A DNA stretch of 58,561 bases, taken from positions 1-58,561 of the forward strand of contig JAVZNE010000009.1 in the NCBI GenBank assembly GCA_038882975.1, given 5' to 3'. The translations under genes and the position numbers were made by a program. The notes under the pieces were generated by a model that was not told the DNA's origin, ran no database searches, and worked only from the letters and a program-made list of their open reading frames with translations. Positions 44,376 to 54,134 of this stretch are shown in pieces. The stretch comes from Candidatus Bathyarchaeia archaeon. GTDB lineage: Archaea; Thermoproteota; Bathyarchaeia; Bathyarchaeales; Bathycorpusculaceae. The number at the start of each line of letters is the position of its first letter. Position 1 is the stretch's first letter.

Positions 44376-45149
44376 CTACTTTTGAGTTACCTTCATATAC
44401 GCAAGCATGGCGAGTGACGCAAAAATCAGCGCGTATAAGGCTATGTCAATAAGCATGTAAGGCATAAAAGGTGGTTCTTTCAGCAGAAACGCCCTTGAAA
44501 GGTCTGCACCGCAGCTTAGGGGGTTATAACGCGCCAAAAGTGTCAATTGTGGAACCGCCTTCTCTATAAGACCAATTGGATAGAAGACGGTGCTGCAGAA
44601 GAAAAGCAGATAATAGACAACGCCTCTAGCTGTTATATATTTTTCAAAGCTCGTTGTTGAAACAGCTAGGGCTATGCTTAAACCTGAAGTTCCCAAGGAC
44701 ACCAAAAACAAAGCCACAAGAATTGTCAGAAACTCCGGTGGTGTTGGGACAACCCCTGTGTAGAGGTAGGTTATGCCGAGCGTAGTGGCTAGAAGGGGTG
44801 CCATATAGATTACGCCTCTTAAGCCTCCGGCTAAAACCCTTCCAACGGCTAGCTCCCACCTCTTTATCGGCAAGCTTAACATGTAATGAGAGATTTCACG
44901 CCTAACCTCCATGTTTATCTCCCTTCCAATCATGAAGGCTGCGGCAAAAAGCGCTGTTATTGTCAAGCCTGGAGCGAAGAAAACAAAGTAGTCTGTTATC
45001 ACGTCTGGCTTCACCATTCTCGTGTAGACTATTGCCATTATGAAGAGGTCGGCGAGGTTCATGCTGACCATTCCGGCGACCCACCACTTGTAGCGGAAGA
45101 AATACTTGAAGTCTCTTTCCACAATGGTTAGTATGGGTTTTACTGCCAA
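44376..45149 (-). CDS. ABC-2 transporter permease
   Basis: 6 TM, FFAPG, STVFYP, NPL motifs. Confidence 0.87.
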   Translation of the reverse strand: MAVKPILTIVERDFKYFFRYKWWVAGMVSMNLADLFIMAIVYTRMVKPDVITDYFVFFAPGLTITALFAAAFMIGREINMEVRREISHYMLSLPIKRWELAVGRVLAGGLRGVIYMAPLLATTLGITYLYTGVVPTPPEFLTILVALFLVSLGTSGLSIALAVSTTSFEKYITARGVVYYLLFFCSTVFYPIGLIEKAVPQLTLLARYNPLSCGADLSRAFLLKEPPFMPYMLIDIALYALIFASLAMLAYMKVTQK

Positions 45150-45925
45150 CCTCCCCCCTCCAATCTGCGCTCATGCAAAATAATGCCTAGGAAAGTGAAT
45201 ATTGAGAAGAAGGCAACTATTCCAAAAGCTGCTAATAAAGGCGAGACAGAAGCCGCTGATTCCAAGCCGGCACCCCATCTGAAAAAGTCGGCGGCAAATG
45301 TTAGCGGGTTGATTATGGCGATTCCCTTGTAGTATGGTGGCATGTAAGCTATTGGATAAAGTGTCGTGCTCAATCTGACTATTAAGGCGTCAATAACGCC
45401 CATCAATATGTCAAATCGGTCAGAGGATTTTATGCTAACAGCTAAGGTAATGCTGAAGCCAGCCACACCAAATGTGAACAGAAAGAGGGATAATAAAGCT
45501 ACAAGAAGCTGGAAGGGGTTTGAAACTCCGATTAAGTAGAGGACAAAAAGCATCATGGGTCCAACATATAAGAAACTTCTCAAACCGCCCCCCACAGATC
45601 TGCCCAATACAAGCTCTTTTCTTGAAACAGGTACGCTCAGCAAATATTCTATGACGCCGTGATCCGCCTCCTCGTAAATGTCGTAACCGATGAAAACAGT
45701 TGTTGAATATAGCATTGTTATAATTATTCCCGCCGCGTAATAGTTAAAGTAGCTTCCTCCGACAGCAGCCTGGACGTCAACTTTGAACATGTGGTTTACA
45801 ACCAAGCCGAAAAGGGCTATTTGCGAAACAAACCATATGGCGCGCATTATTAGCAGGAACTTGTATCGTAAAAACATCTTGATGTCTCTTTCAGCAACAA
45901 CCCAAACCTTTCGAAGGCTTATCAT
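45140..45925 (-). CDS. ABC-2 transporter permease
   Basis: Paralog of the neighbour; STTLYP, NPLT. Confidence 0.87.
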   Translation of the reverse strand: MISLRKVWVVAERDIKMFLRYKFLLIMRAIWFVSQIALFGLVVNHMFKVDVQAAVGGSYFNYYAAGIIITMLYSTTVFIGYDIYEEADHGVIEYLLSVPVSRKELVLGRSVGGGLRSFLYVGPMMLFVLYLIGVSNPFQLLVALLSLFLFTFGVAGFSITLAVSIKSSDRFDILMGVIDALIVRLSTTLYPIAYMPPYYKGIAIINPLTFAADFFRWGAGLESAASVSPLLAAFGIVAFFSIFTFLGIILHERRLEGGGWQ

Positions 45926-46878
45926 TCCCTCTGAGCCTCTTCAATGGTTAAGCCAGTATAATGCGCAAAAACATCATCCAATGAAGGCTCACTCATACGT
46001 ATGGACCTAACTTGAACTTGCATTTTCATAAAGAACTCTGTGATTTTTGGCAAAACTTCCTCTGCTTGGTTCAAGTAGATTTTCAGGTGTTTCTGCTTTA
46101 CAGCCAAAACATTGACAACTCGAGGAATTTTTTTTAAATTTTCAAGAACTTTGTCTGATGCATCCCTTTCTAGGGTTATTTCCACAACGTCTCCACCTGG
46201 TATGCTGTCCTTTAACTTTTTAGGCTCATCGCACACGAGTAATTTTCCCTTGTGCATTATTGCCACTCTGTCTGAGAGCACATCAGCCTCATAAAGCTCG
46301 TTTGTCGCCAAAAGTATCGTGGAGCCCTCGTCTCTGAGGTCCCTTAGCATGTTCCATATTCTATGTTTGCCTACAACGTCTATTTGGGCGGTTGGCTCAT
46401 CGACGATGGCGATTTTCGGTCTCTGGATTAGAATTTTGGCTATTTCCACCCGTTTTCGCATACCACCAGAAAAGGCGTGCACGCTTTTGAAACGGTCATT
46501 CCAAAGCTCAAGTTCTTCAAGAGCCCACCGCACCCTCTTCCTCCGCTCGTCTGGGGGTAAGCCGCAAACCTTGGCGTGCCAGTTTAATATGTCCCAAGGC
46601 GAGTCAACCCACAAAAGCTTAGGCTCTTGAAAAGCCATCCCCACAAGGGTTCTAGCCTTATCCGGTTCTTTGGTAACGTCGTAAGGTCCAATGTACGCCG
46701 TGCCTTCTGTCGGCTTAATGACAGTTGTAAGCATAAGCAAAGTTGTCGTCTTACCAGCCCCGTTAGGTCCAAGGATTCCAAGGATTTCGCCTTCTTCCAC
46801 TTCAAGGTTTAGATGGTCAACTGCCGTAAAATCGCCAAACTTCTTTGTTAGATTTACCATGCGGATTATCGACGCCAT
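45922..46878 (-). CDS. ABC transporter ATP-binding protein (DrrA-like)
   Basis: GPNGAGKTT, FSGGM, VDEPT, C-terminal EPSLDDVF. Confidence 0.92.
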   Translation of the reverse strand: MASIIRMVNLTKKFGDFTAVDHLNLEVEEGEILGILGPNGAGKTTTLLMLTTVIKPTEGTAYIGPYDVTKEPDKARTLVGMAFQEPKLLWVDSPWDILNWHAKVCGLPPDERRKRVRWALEELELWNDRFKSVHAFSGGMRKRVEIAKILIQRPKIAIVDEPTAQIDVVGKHRIWNMLRDLRDEGSTILLATNELYEADVLSDRVAIMHKGKLLVCDEPKKLKDSIPGGDVVEITLERDASDKVLENLKKIPRVVNVLAVKQKHLKIYLNQAEEVLPKITEFFMKMQVQVRSIRMSEPSLDDVFAHYTGLTIEEAQRE

Positions 46879-46921
46879 TCCAATTCCTTACGTGAAATAA
46901 ACACAGTTGATTGGCAGTTAC

Positions 46922-48247
46922 TTAAAGATTACGTGATAGCAACTCAAAAGCACGCCTTTCGGCTTTCTCAATAACGGCATGCTCATCCAACGTTTTGACG
47001 ACTCTATTTTCCATCAAGATTTTGCCGTCAACTATTACGGTGTCAACGTCGCCTCCCTTAGCCGAATACAATATGCTTGCATAAATATTGTGCAAAGGCC
47101 TCAAATGAGGTTTGGAAAGGTTTATTAGTATTATGTCCGCCCTCTTCCCCACCTCCAATGAGCCTATAATTTTCTCTAGCCCTAACGCTTTAGCCCCATT
47201 TATAGTCGCCATCCTCAAAACTTCACGGGCGGGTAAGACTTCGGGCTTTTTATAAGCAAACTTTTGGAGTAAAGCACCAAACTTCATGGTTTCAAACATG
47301 TCAAGGGAATTATTGCTCGCTGGCCCGTCGGTTCCCAAGGCTGTGTTAACGCCTGACTCAATGAGTTCTTTGGCTTTTGCGGTATTCAACCCAAGCTTCA
47401 TATTAGCCACTGGCACATAAACGGCGTTCACGTTGCGTTCTGCCAAAATGTGCTTGTCCCGCTTAGATAGGTTAACACAGTGAGCAGCGAGGACGCGGAC
47501 GCCAAAAATTCCAATTTTGTCTAGAAACTCAACTTCACTACAACCGTATTTTTTCTTATACCCCTTAAATAGTTCAGCCGACTCCGCCAGGTGCATATGG
47601 ACGCCGATTCCAAGCTTTTGAGCTTTATCCTTAACCTTAGCGAGAAGTTCTGGGCTGCAACTGTAAGCTGCGTGGGGCCCGAGCATTGTATTCACCCTTC
47701 CATCAGCATAACCGTTAAAAGACTCGGCAAATTTGACGCTTACATTTAACATTTTCTCACCTCGCGCCTTATCTCCAGCCTCAATGATGCCTTCAGCTAA
47801 AACAGCCCTTAAGCCACTTTCAGAAACAGCTCTAGCAACCATATCCTCATAGAAGTACATGTCTGCAAAGCATGTGGTTCCGCTTTTCAGCATTTCCAAA
47901 CATCCCAAAAGCGCCCCAACATAAACATCGTCACGTGTCAACTTCGCCTCTAAAGGCCAAATAGTCTCTTGAAGCCACACATCCAAGGGCTTGTCTTCAG
48001 CTAAACCCCTAAAAAGAGTCATAGCCACATGAGTGTGACAGTTAATTATCCCTGGCAGCGCAGCCATACCCCTGGCATTTATCTTCTCATCTGCTGATAT
48101 GCCAACCGCAGACTCACGTTCTCCAACGAAAACTATTTCTCCATCCTTTACGGCTATGGCACCATTCTCAATAACGTCGACGCCGCCAATAGTCATAGGC
48201 AAAACAGTACATCCATAAATCAGAATGTCAGCTTTCACAAGCACCAC
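46922..48247 (-). CDS. mtaD: Amidohydrolase, 5'-deoxyadenosine/MTA/SAH deaminase family
   Basis: NCHTH, GPHAAY, HMHLAE, AAHCV, LGTDGPASNN. Confidence 0.82.
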   Translation of the reverse strand: MVLVKADILIYGCTVLPMTIGGVDVIENGAIAVKDGEIVFVGERESAVGISADEKINARGMAALPGIINCHTHVAMTLFRGLAEDKPLDVWLQETIWPLEAKLTRDDVYVGALLGCLEMLKSGTTCFADMYFYEDMVARAVSESGLRAVLAEGIIEAGDKARGEKMLNVSVKFAESFNGYADGRVNTMLGPHAAYSCSPELLAKVKDKAQKLGIGVHMHLAESAELFKGYKKKYGCSEVEFLDKIGIFGVRVLAAHCVNLSKRDKHILAERNVNAVYVPVANMKLGLNTAKAKELIESGVNTALGTDGPASNNSLDMFETMKFGALLQKFAYKKPEVLPAREVLRMATINGAKALGLEKIIGSLEVGKRADIILINLSKPHLRPLHNIYASILYSAKGGDVDTVIVDGKILMENRVVKTLDEHAVIEKAERRAFELLSRNL

Positions 48248-48348
48248 ACAGAAATTAGAAGAATCTGAAGGGACAAATAAAAAGTGTTCTGGCTTTTTGG
48301 ATTTTCTGGGCCTTCTCCCTCTAAGCGTAAAGCCTATCAGCCAAGATT

Positions 48349-48768
48349 TTAGAAGCTGAATCCGTGGTTATGCTTCTCCACCCTCTTAAGGAAGGAGTGC
48401 AAAGCCGGCTGTGCTAGGTCTCCGCCTATGGCAGACTCTTTTGGTATTCCTGTAGCTCCAATCTTTTTACATATGAAATTAAGTGAATCCTCAGTAAAGT
48501 TCAGGAGGTTCTGTCCCTCCGCAGTAAGCTTGTAAACTTTCCTGGGTCTCTCATTGGACATGTCCCACTCGCTTTTCACATAGCCGCTTTTTTCAAGGGC
48601 ATTTAAAAGCGGGTAAATTGTGCTTGGACCGAAGTATACGCCGAAGTTTTTGCGGATCCTGGTTATTATCTGGTAACCATGCATGGGCTGAGAGCTCAGA
48701 AACTGGAGAACTATTAGGTCTAGGAGGCCCTTCATAAGTTTAACTTGAACTTCCTTTGAGTTGTTCAA
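48349..48768 (-). CDS. PadR family transcriptional regulator
   Basis: MHGYQI...GPSTIYPLL..LE..G...RPRKVYKLT. Confidence 0.92.
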   Translation of the reverse strand: MNNSKEVQVKLMKGLLDLIVLQFLSSQPMHGYQIITRIRKNFGVYFGPSTIYPLLNALEKSGYVKSEWDMSNERPRKVYKLTAEGQNLLNFTEDSLNFICKKIGATGIPKESAIGGDLAQPALHSFLKRVEKHNHGFSF

Positions 48769-48809
48769 GGCTTTCCCATCCTTTCTGTATTTCTGTTTAA
48801 CTCGTATAC

Positions 48810-48833
48810 GATATGTCCAATTTTAGACATATC
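48810..48833. promoter_or_regulatory. Palindromic operator between the divergent padR genes
   Basis: GATATGTC-N8-GACATATC perfect inverted repeat. Confidence 0.65.
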
Positions 48834-48996
48834 TCAAGACTCTATAAAGCATAAACGAAAATATAAAGGTTCACGCTTACCAAAAACATAAAAAAGCATA
48901 ATGAAGGCATAAAAAGCCACTATTCCAAAACATGCATAATCCATATAAACTCAACATGGATAAGTCAAAAACAGAACACAAAAAGGCAAAAGCCAA

Positions 48997-49308
48997 ATGG
49001 AAGAAAACCTCAAAAAAGAAATTGTTCAACACATAACCAAAAACCTGCTAGACATCCAAATACTAACAATAATAAAAAAGGAGCCAGCATGGGGATACAA
49101 AATAAAAAAGCAAATAGAAGCCTTCTCGGGGCTGAAAATACGCCACGGAGCCCTATACCCACTACTAAAAAGGCTTGAAGACAAAGGCCTAATAAAAAGC
49201 CAAAAACAACAGCAAGGAAAACGCACAAAAAAGGTGTACGCCATAACAGAGAAAGGAAAGACATTCATGGAAATGTATAACGTCATAATGAAGGAACTAA
49301 TGGGATAA
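48997..49308 (+). CDS. PadR family transcriptional regulator
   Basis: AWGYKI...HGALYPLLKRLE...KKVYAITEKG. Confidence 0.9.
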   Translation: MEENLKKEIVQHITKNLLDIQILTIIKKEPAWGYKIKKQIEAFSGLKIRHGALYPLLKRLEDKGLIKSQKQQQGKRTKKVYAITEKGKTFMEMYNVIMKELMG

Positions 49309-49376
49309 ATTAATTAGACTTTTAGGCAGCGCATAGCTACTTTAAACCATTAGGTAAGGATTGCAGGTGAATCAAA

Positions 49377-50459
49377 ACGCCAAATAAAAATTTTGAGGTA
49401 GGCATAGTGGGGGCCGGGCCAGCCGGCTCTGTGTGCGCGCAGGTTTTAGGAGAGGCAGGTGTTAATGTAGCGCTTTTTGACCCCTCCCATCCTAGGGAAA
49501 AGCCATGTGGAGGTTTAATTGATTACAGGATTGTGGAAGAATTCGATATCCCAGAAGAACTCCTAGAAAATGAAGTTAAATGGATTCTAGCGGAGAGATT
49601 CGGATTTAAGGTGAGGCTATCCTTAAAGCCTCCGGCACATCTTGTTTCAAGAAAAAATTTTGATTATTACCTTTTACAAAAGGCGCTTAAAAATAGAAGC
49701 TTAACATTTTTCAGAGAACGCGTTATTAACATAGTAAAGGACGAAAATGGATGGAAGTTAAAAACAGACAAAGATAGGCTTGTAAAGGTTAAAATCCTAG
49801 TAGGCGCAGATGGCTGCCCATCCCTAATAAGAAGACATGTTTTAGGTCTTATACCCAAAGTTTTCCTAGCCACAACCGTCGGCTACAATTTTACATGTCC
49901 AAACAGATACATAGAAAGGGCATTTGCCAAAAACACTGTTGAGGCCTACTACTCGCATAAGTATGTGCAGAAAATGGGCTTCATATGGATATTCCCCAAA
50001 AAATCAAGTGTAAACATAGGTATAGGAAGCATGGAAAGTGGAAAGAAACTGCGGCGTTCTCTCGAGAGCTTTATAGCCTCTAATCCTGCTGGAAAGAGAT
50101 TAAAAAATTTTAAAGGGGAACTCTTCGGTCACTTGATCCCCATAATATGGGAAGAAAAATTCTACAACTTGCCATGTTGCGGTGAAAATTGGGCATTGAT
50201 AGGCGACGCGGCAGGGCATGTGGACCCAATAGGCGGTGTGGGAATATATTACGCCATGAGGGGAGGAGCCCTATGCGCCTCAGCAATTTTAAATGGCGAC
50301 GTAAAACTTTTCGAGAAATACTGGAGAAGCGATTATGGCTATGAACTCTGTTACAGGGCAAGAAATTTCCCAAAATTCTACGGTAAACTGGCCCTCTTTA
50401 CATGGTTTAAAACAATTTTAGAGAATATACCACTACAGTTAGGGCTTTTACACGAATAG
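49377..50459 (+). CDS. Geranylgeranyl reductase family FAD-dependent oxidoreductase (apparent ACG start)
   Basis: FEVGIVGAGPAG, EKPCGG, VGADG, WIFPK, IGDAAG.VDP..G.GI; the frame extends upstream of GTG 49407 to ACG 49377, behind AGGTGA. Confidence 0.85.
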   Translation, partial: TPNKNFEVGIVGAGPAGSVCAQVLGEAGVNVALFDPSHPREKPCGGLIDYRIVEEFDIPEELLENEVKWILAERFGFKVRLSLKPPAHLVSRKNFDYYLLQKALKNRSLTFFRERVINIVKDENGWKLKTDKDRLVKVKILVGADGCPSLIRRHVLGLIPKVFLATTVGYNFTCPNRYIERAFAKNTVEAYYSHKYVQKMGFIWIFPKKSSVNIGIGSMESGKKLRRSLESFIASNPAGKRLKNFKGELFGHLIPIIWEEKFYNLPCCGENWALIGDAAGHVDPIGGVGIYYAMRGGALCASAILNGDVKLFEKYWRSDYGYELCYRARNFPKFYGKLALFTWFKTILENIPLQLGLLHE

Positions 50460-50544
50460 CCTCCGGGAGCCTCGCCTAAGCCCAAATATTACTCTTCAGC
50501 AACCCATTTAAGCATAAATCAGCCTAAATAGAAAAAGGAATAAA

Positions 50545-51537
50545 ATGAAAAACGAGAGACTAGCCGAAAAGGCATTGGCAATTTTACATGAAAAAAGCGA
50601 AAAAGCGCTCAAAGAAGCCAAAAAACTAATCCTAAAGGAAGAATTCAAATGCAAAAAAGCAAGAGAAGCCCTAAAGTACTATGTGTCAACATGGAATGAC
50701 ACAACACGACCAGGAGTGCTCGCCCTAGCCCACGAAGCCGTCGGCGGAAAAACAGAAGAAGTTATTCCCCTACAAACGGCAATGCTCTTCATAGACGCAG
50801 CAATGGACATCCACGACGACATAATAGACAAATCCACCACAAAAGGCTCAAAAGAAACCCTCTACGGAAAATTCGGCGAAGAAACCGCCCTACTCATCGG
50901 AAACACATTCTTGGTCAAAGGCTTCAACCACCTCAATAAAGTAACGGAAAAATTGCCGCTTGACAAAAAACAACTGATAATCAACATTGTTAAAGATTCT
51001 CTCTTTAAGTTAATAGATGCGCACACTCGTGAGGTAGAGCTAAGAAGAACAAAATGGAGTATAGATCCCAAAGATTATTTTCATGTATTAAAGGCTAAAG
51101 CTGCAGACATCGAGGGACATATGCGCGTTGGAGCAATATTCGCTGGAGGAACGGATCAAGAGATTGAAGCGATCGCCAGATATGGAAGATATCTTGGCAC
51201 TTTATTGCTAGTTAGAGAAGATTTTGTAGACGTTTACGAACCAGACGAGCTTATGAATAGGATTAAATATGAATGTCTCCCGTTACCAGTTCTTTTTACT
51301 CTCCAAAACAAGATCCACAAAAAGAAAGTCTTTAAAATTTTAACTAAGGAGAACATTAACGAAGTGAATGTATCCAATCTTGTTGAAGTTATTTATAAAA
51401 CACCGGAAACTTCTCAACTTAAACGGCAATTAAATGCGTTAAAAAGAAAAGCATTAAAAGAGATTGCCTATATAAGCCGGAAAAAGACAATGAATGAGCT
51501 TAAACTTATAGTCTTATCGACGTTAGAAGATTTATGA
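50545..51537 (+). CDS. Polyprenyl-synthetase-fold prenyltransferase with atypical motifs
   Basis: First aspartate-rich motif DIHDDIID intact; ALLIG; second motif degenerate (REDFVD). Confidence 0.85.
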   Translation: MKNERLAEKALAILHEKSEKALKEAKKLILKEEFKCKKAREALKYYVSTWNDTTRPGVLALAHEAVGGKTEEVIPLQTAMLFIDAAMDIHDDIIDKSTTKGSKETLYGKFGEETALLIGNTFLVKGFNHLNKVTEKLPLDKKQLIINIVKDSLFKLIDAHTREVELRRTKWSIDPKDYFHVLKAKAADIEGHMRVGAIFAGGTDQEIEAIARYGRYLGTLLLVREDFVDVYEPDELMNRIKYECLPLPVLFTLQNKIHKKKVFKILTKENINEVNVSNLVEVIYKTPETSQLKRQLNALKRKALKEIAYISRKKTMNELKLIVLSTLEDL

Positions 51538-51639
51538 TTTTATCTTTTTAGACTGCTTAGAGACATAACCTTACGGGTTTCTTTCTCACATATCTTTTTC
51601 CTGAAAATCTAGCCTTCTCCATATCAGCCCCCACGTGTA

Positions 51640-51680
51640 TATGTGTAGAACATATGTGCCATATAAGCTTTATCTTTATA
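51640..51680 (+). promoter_or_regulatory. Pilus-type operator half-site plus TATA box
   Basis: TATGTGTAGAACA (51640-51652), then TTATC-TTTATA (TATA 51675-51680); same spacing as the pilus promoters. Confidence 0.5.
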
Positions 51681-51779
51681 TGCGGTGATTATCTGTTTAA
51701 GTTGTTAGATTCTGGATACGTATTTGAAATCCATAAAGTTAGTAGGATGCTGTCCATTTTAAAAATATGCGATGAAGAA

Positions 51780-52979
51780 ATGAAGATTAGAGGAGCTCTC
51801 TCGTTAATGTTTCTGTTAACTAATAGTCTTGCATTGTTTACTATAACATGGATGTTGATCAGAGACCTCACGATAAACATCCCGTTCAATGAAACCCTAG
51901 TTGTGTTCACAGTCTTTTACATGTCTCTTTTGCTTTCAGCCGTTATAGGAGCCACTGGATTAACTGAAAAATTATGGGAAAAAACTTTCCTATCGCTCTG
52001 GATTTTGCTTGGGGCATGTATGTATTTTCTTTCTATAATTCTTGTTATCAAAAACGTGTTTTTCAACTTGATTATTACAGCACTTATCCTTGGAGCGTCC
52101 GTTAGCATGGGCATACCAGTTTGCCTTGCACTTTTTGCGGATCATACAGACATTAAAAATCGTGGTGTGGTTGGGGCAGCAATTTTTTTTATCACTCAGC
52201 TTTTAACAGTTTTTATATGTGCTTTGCTTAATGACTTAAATATTGCTGAAAAATTTTTTGCCGCCGGACTATGGCGGTTATTTGGCATAGCAGGCATATT
52301 CTTTCACGTGTCTGCTAAAATTTTGCACAAGGAGCGAAGGCGAAATTCATTTTCGTCGATTGTTGGTGAGAGAACTTTTATCCTTTACTTTTCTCCATGG
52401 TTTCTATTCTGTCTAATAAACTTTTTAGAAGCTCCTTTGCTTGAGAAGTTTCTTGGTCCTGAGTTATTCAATACCCATTTAGTGGTCGAGATTGCGATGT
52501 CTAGCGTTTTAGCTTTTATCGGAGGAGTTATTTGTGATTTTAAAGGACGTAAAATTGCAAGCGTTTTAGGTTTCGTCTTGTTAGGTATAAGTTACGCTGT
52601 TTTGAGCGTTTTTCACGGAGCCTATCTTCCCATTTATTCATTTATGTTACTTGAAGGAGCCGCTTGGGGAATGCTTTACGTAGTCTTCGTTTTTGTTATT
52701 TGGGGTGACCTTTCTGAGGGGGGAAATCGCAAAAAGTACTACTTACTAGGTAGCATGCCTTATCTGCTTTCAGGTTGGATTGAAATTCTTGCCAAACCTT
52801 TTGTGGAAGTTATACCAATTTATGCGTCTTTTTCCTTAGCTAGCTTCTTTTTATTTTTAGCTGTTTTGCCTCTACTCTATGTTGCTGAAACTTTGCCTGA
52901 GAAGGTGGTTAAGGAGAGGGACCTTCGGAGTTATATTGAGAAGGCTAAGCGGGTTAGGGAAAAGTTTACGAAGAGCTGA
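51780..52979 (+). CDS. MFS-fold membrane protein; start uncertain
   Basis: About 12 TM; GGVICDFKGRK motif-A-like; C-terminal AETLPEK. Confidence 0.75.
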   Translation: MKIRGALSLMFLLTNSLALFTITWMLIRDLTINIPFNETLVVFTVFYMSLLLSAVIGATGLTEKLWEKTFLSLWILLGACMYFLSIILVIKNVFFNLIITALILGASVSMGIPVCLALFADHTDIKNRGVVGAAIFFITQLLTVFICALLNDLNIAEKFFAAGLWRLFGIAGIFFHVSAKILHKERRRNSFSSIVGERTFILYFSPWFLFCLINFLEAPLLEKFLGPELFNTHLVVEIAMSSVLAFIGGVICDFKGRKIASVLGFVLLGISYAVLSVFHGAYLPIYSFMLLEGAAWGMLYVVFVFVIWGDLSEGGNRKKYYLLGSMPYLLSGWIEILAKPFVEVIPIYASFSLASFFLFLAVLPLLYVAETLPEKVVKERDLRSYIEKAKRVREKFTKS

Positions 52980-53006
52980 TTAGTTTTTGCTTTGATGGTG
53001 GGCTGG

Positions 53007-54128
53007 ATGTTCTTTCATGTTATGTTGACGACTGATTGTGATTTGGAGTGTCGTTATTGTTTTGGTGAAGCCTTGGAAGATTTTTGTGGCAGTTTTGACG
53101 GTTTTGATGTTGATTATTCTTTGCCTAAGCGTTTAGGCTATGATTTGGATTTGTTAAGGCGTTTTTGTGGGTTTGATTCTGATTGTTTTTTGATTTTTTA
53201 TGGTGGTGAGCCTCTTTTATGCCTTGAAGAGGTTAGGCGGATTATGGATTTTGTTAAGGTTAGGGGTTTTGCTGTTCAGACGAATGGTTTGCATTTGGAC
53301 CGTTTGGAGCCAGCCTATGTTAATCGTTTTAGTGTTATTTTGGTTTCTGTTGATGGGGATGAATCCCTAACGGACTATTATCGTGGTGGGGGCGTTTACC
53401 GTAGGGTTTTGGAGAATTTGAGGCTAGTTAGGCGTAGTGGCTTTGAAGGCGAGATTATTGCTAGGATGACTGTTATGGAGGAGACTGACATTTATAGGCA
53501 GGTTTTGTGGCTTATAGAAAATGATGATTTTGCCTTTTCTTCTGTTCATTGGCAGCTTAACGCTGGTTTTTGGAACGATTTTGAGAGGCGGAATTTCAAA
53601 GAATGGGTTGAGAGATGTTATAATCCTGGAATCCGCCGCCTCGTGAAGTTTTGGGTTGACCAAATGGAGAAGCGGGGTGTTGTTTTGAGGCTTTATCCGT
53701 TTTTGGGTGTGGCGCAATCACTTCTGTTTGGAGAGGAGAAGTCGCCTTTACGTTGTGGTGCTGGTTGGATTAATTATGCTATTCAGACGGATGGGCATAT
53801 TGTGCCTTGCCCGAGCATGTGGGGTATGCGGGACTTTTATGTGGGACATATTAGCACTGCGCATCCGTTGAGGCTTAGGAAGGTTTTTGTAGGCGAACCA
53901 TGCACAAGCTGTGGAATATTCGGCATCTGTGGCGGCAGATGCCTATACGCCAACATCACGAGACGCTGGAGTCCAGAAGCCTATAGGCTTGTCTGCAAGA
54001 CTGTTGAGAACATGATTAATGCCATAATGGATGAGTTGCCGAGAATTAGGGAGCTTATTAGAACTGGCAGAATTAGGGTTGAGGATTTCAACTTCTTGAA
54101 GTATGTTGGATGCGAAATAATTCCATAG
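53007..54128 (+). CDS. Radical SAM/SPASM domain protein (TIGR04084-like archaeal family)
   Basis: CDLECRYC, FYGGEPLL, QTNG; SPASM CGAG...DG.I.PC...CTSC...CGGRC; ATG 53007 preferred. Confidence 0.85.
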   Translation: MFFHVMLTTDCDLECRYCFGEALEDFCGSFDGFDVDYSLPKRLGYDLDLLRRFCGFDSDCFLIFYGGEPLLCLEEVRRIMDFVKVRGFAVQTNGLHLDRLEPAYVNRFSVILVSVDGDESLTDYYRGGGVYRRVLENLRLVRRSGFEGEIIARMTVMEETDIYRQVLWLIENDDFAFSSVHWQLNAGFWNDFERRNFKEWVERCYNPGIRRLVKFWVDQMEKRGVVLRLYPFLGVAQSLLFGEEKSPLRCGAGWINYAIQTDGHIVPCPSMWGMRDFYVGHISTAHPLRLRKVFVGEPCTSCGIFGICGGRCLYANITRRWSPEAYRLVCKTVENMINAIMDELPRIRELIRTGRIRVEDFNFLKYVGCEIIP

Positions 54129-54134
54129 TGAAGC

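Noticed and set aside
50460-51780. ComX-like precursor peptide next to the prenyltransferase
   Set aside because: No convincing small Trp-containing ORF with a start signal in the flanking gaps
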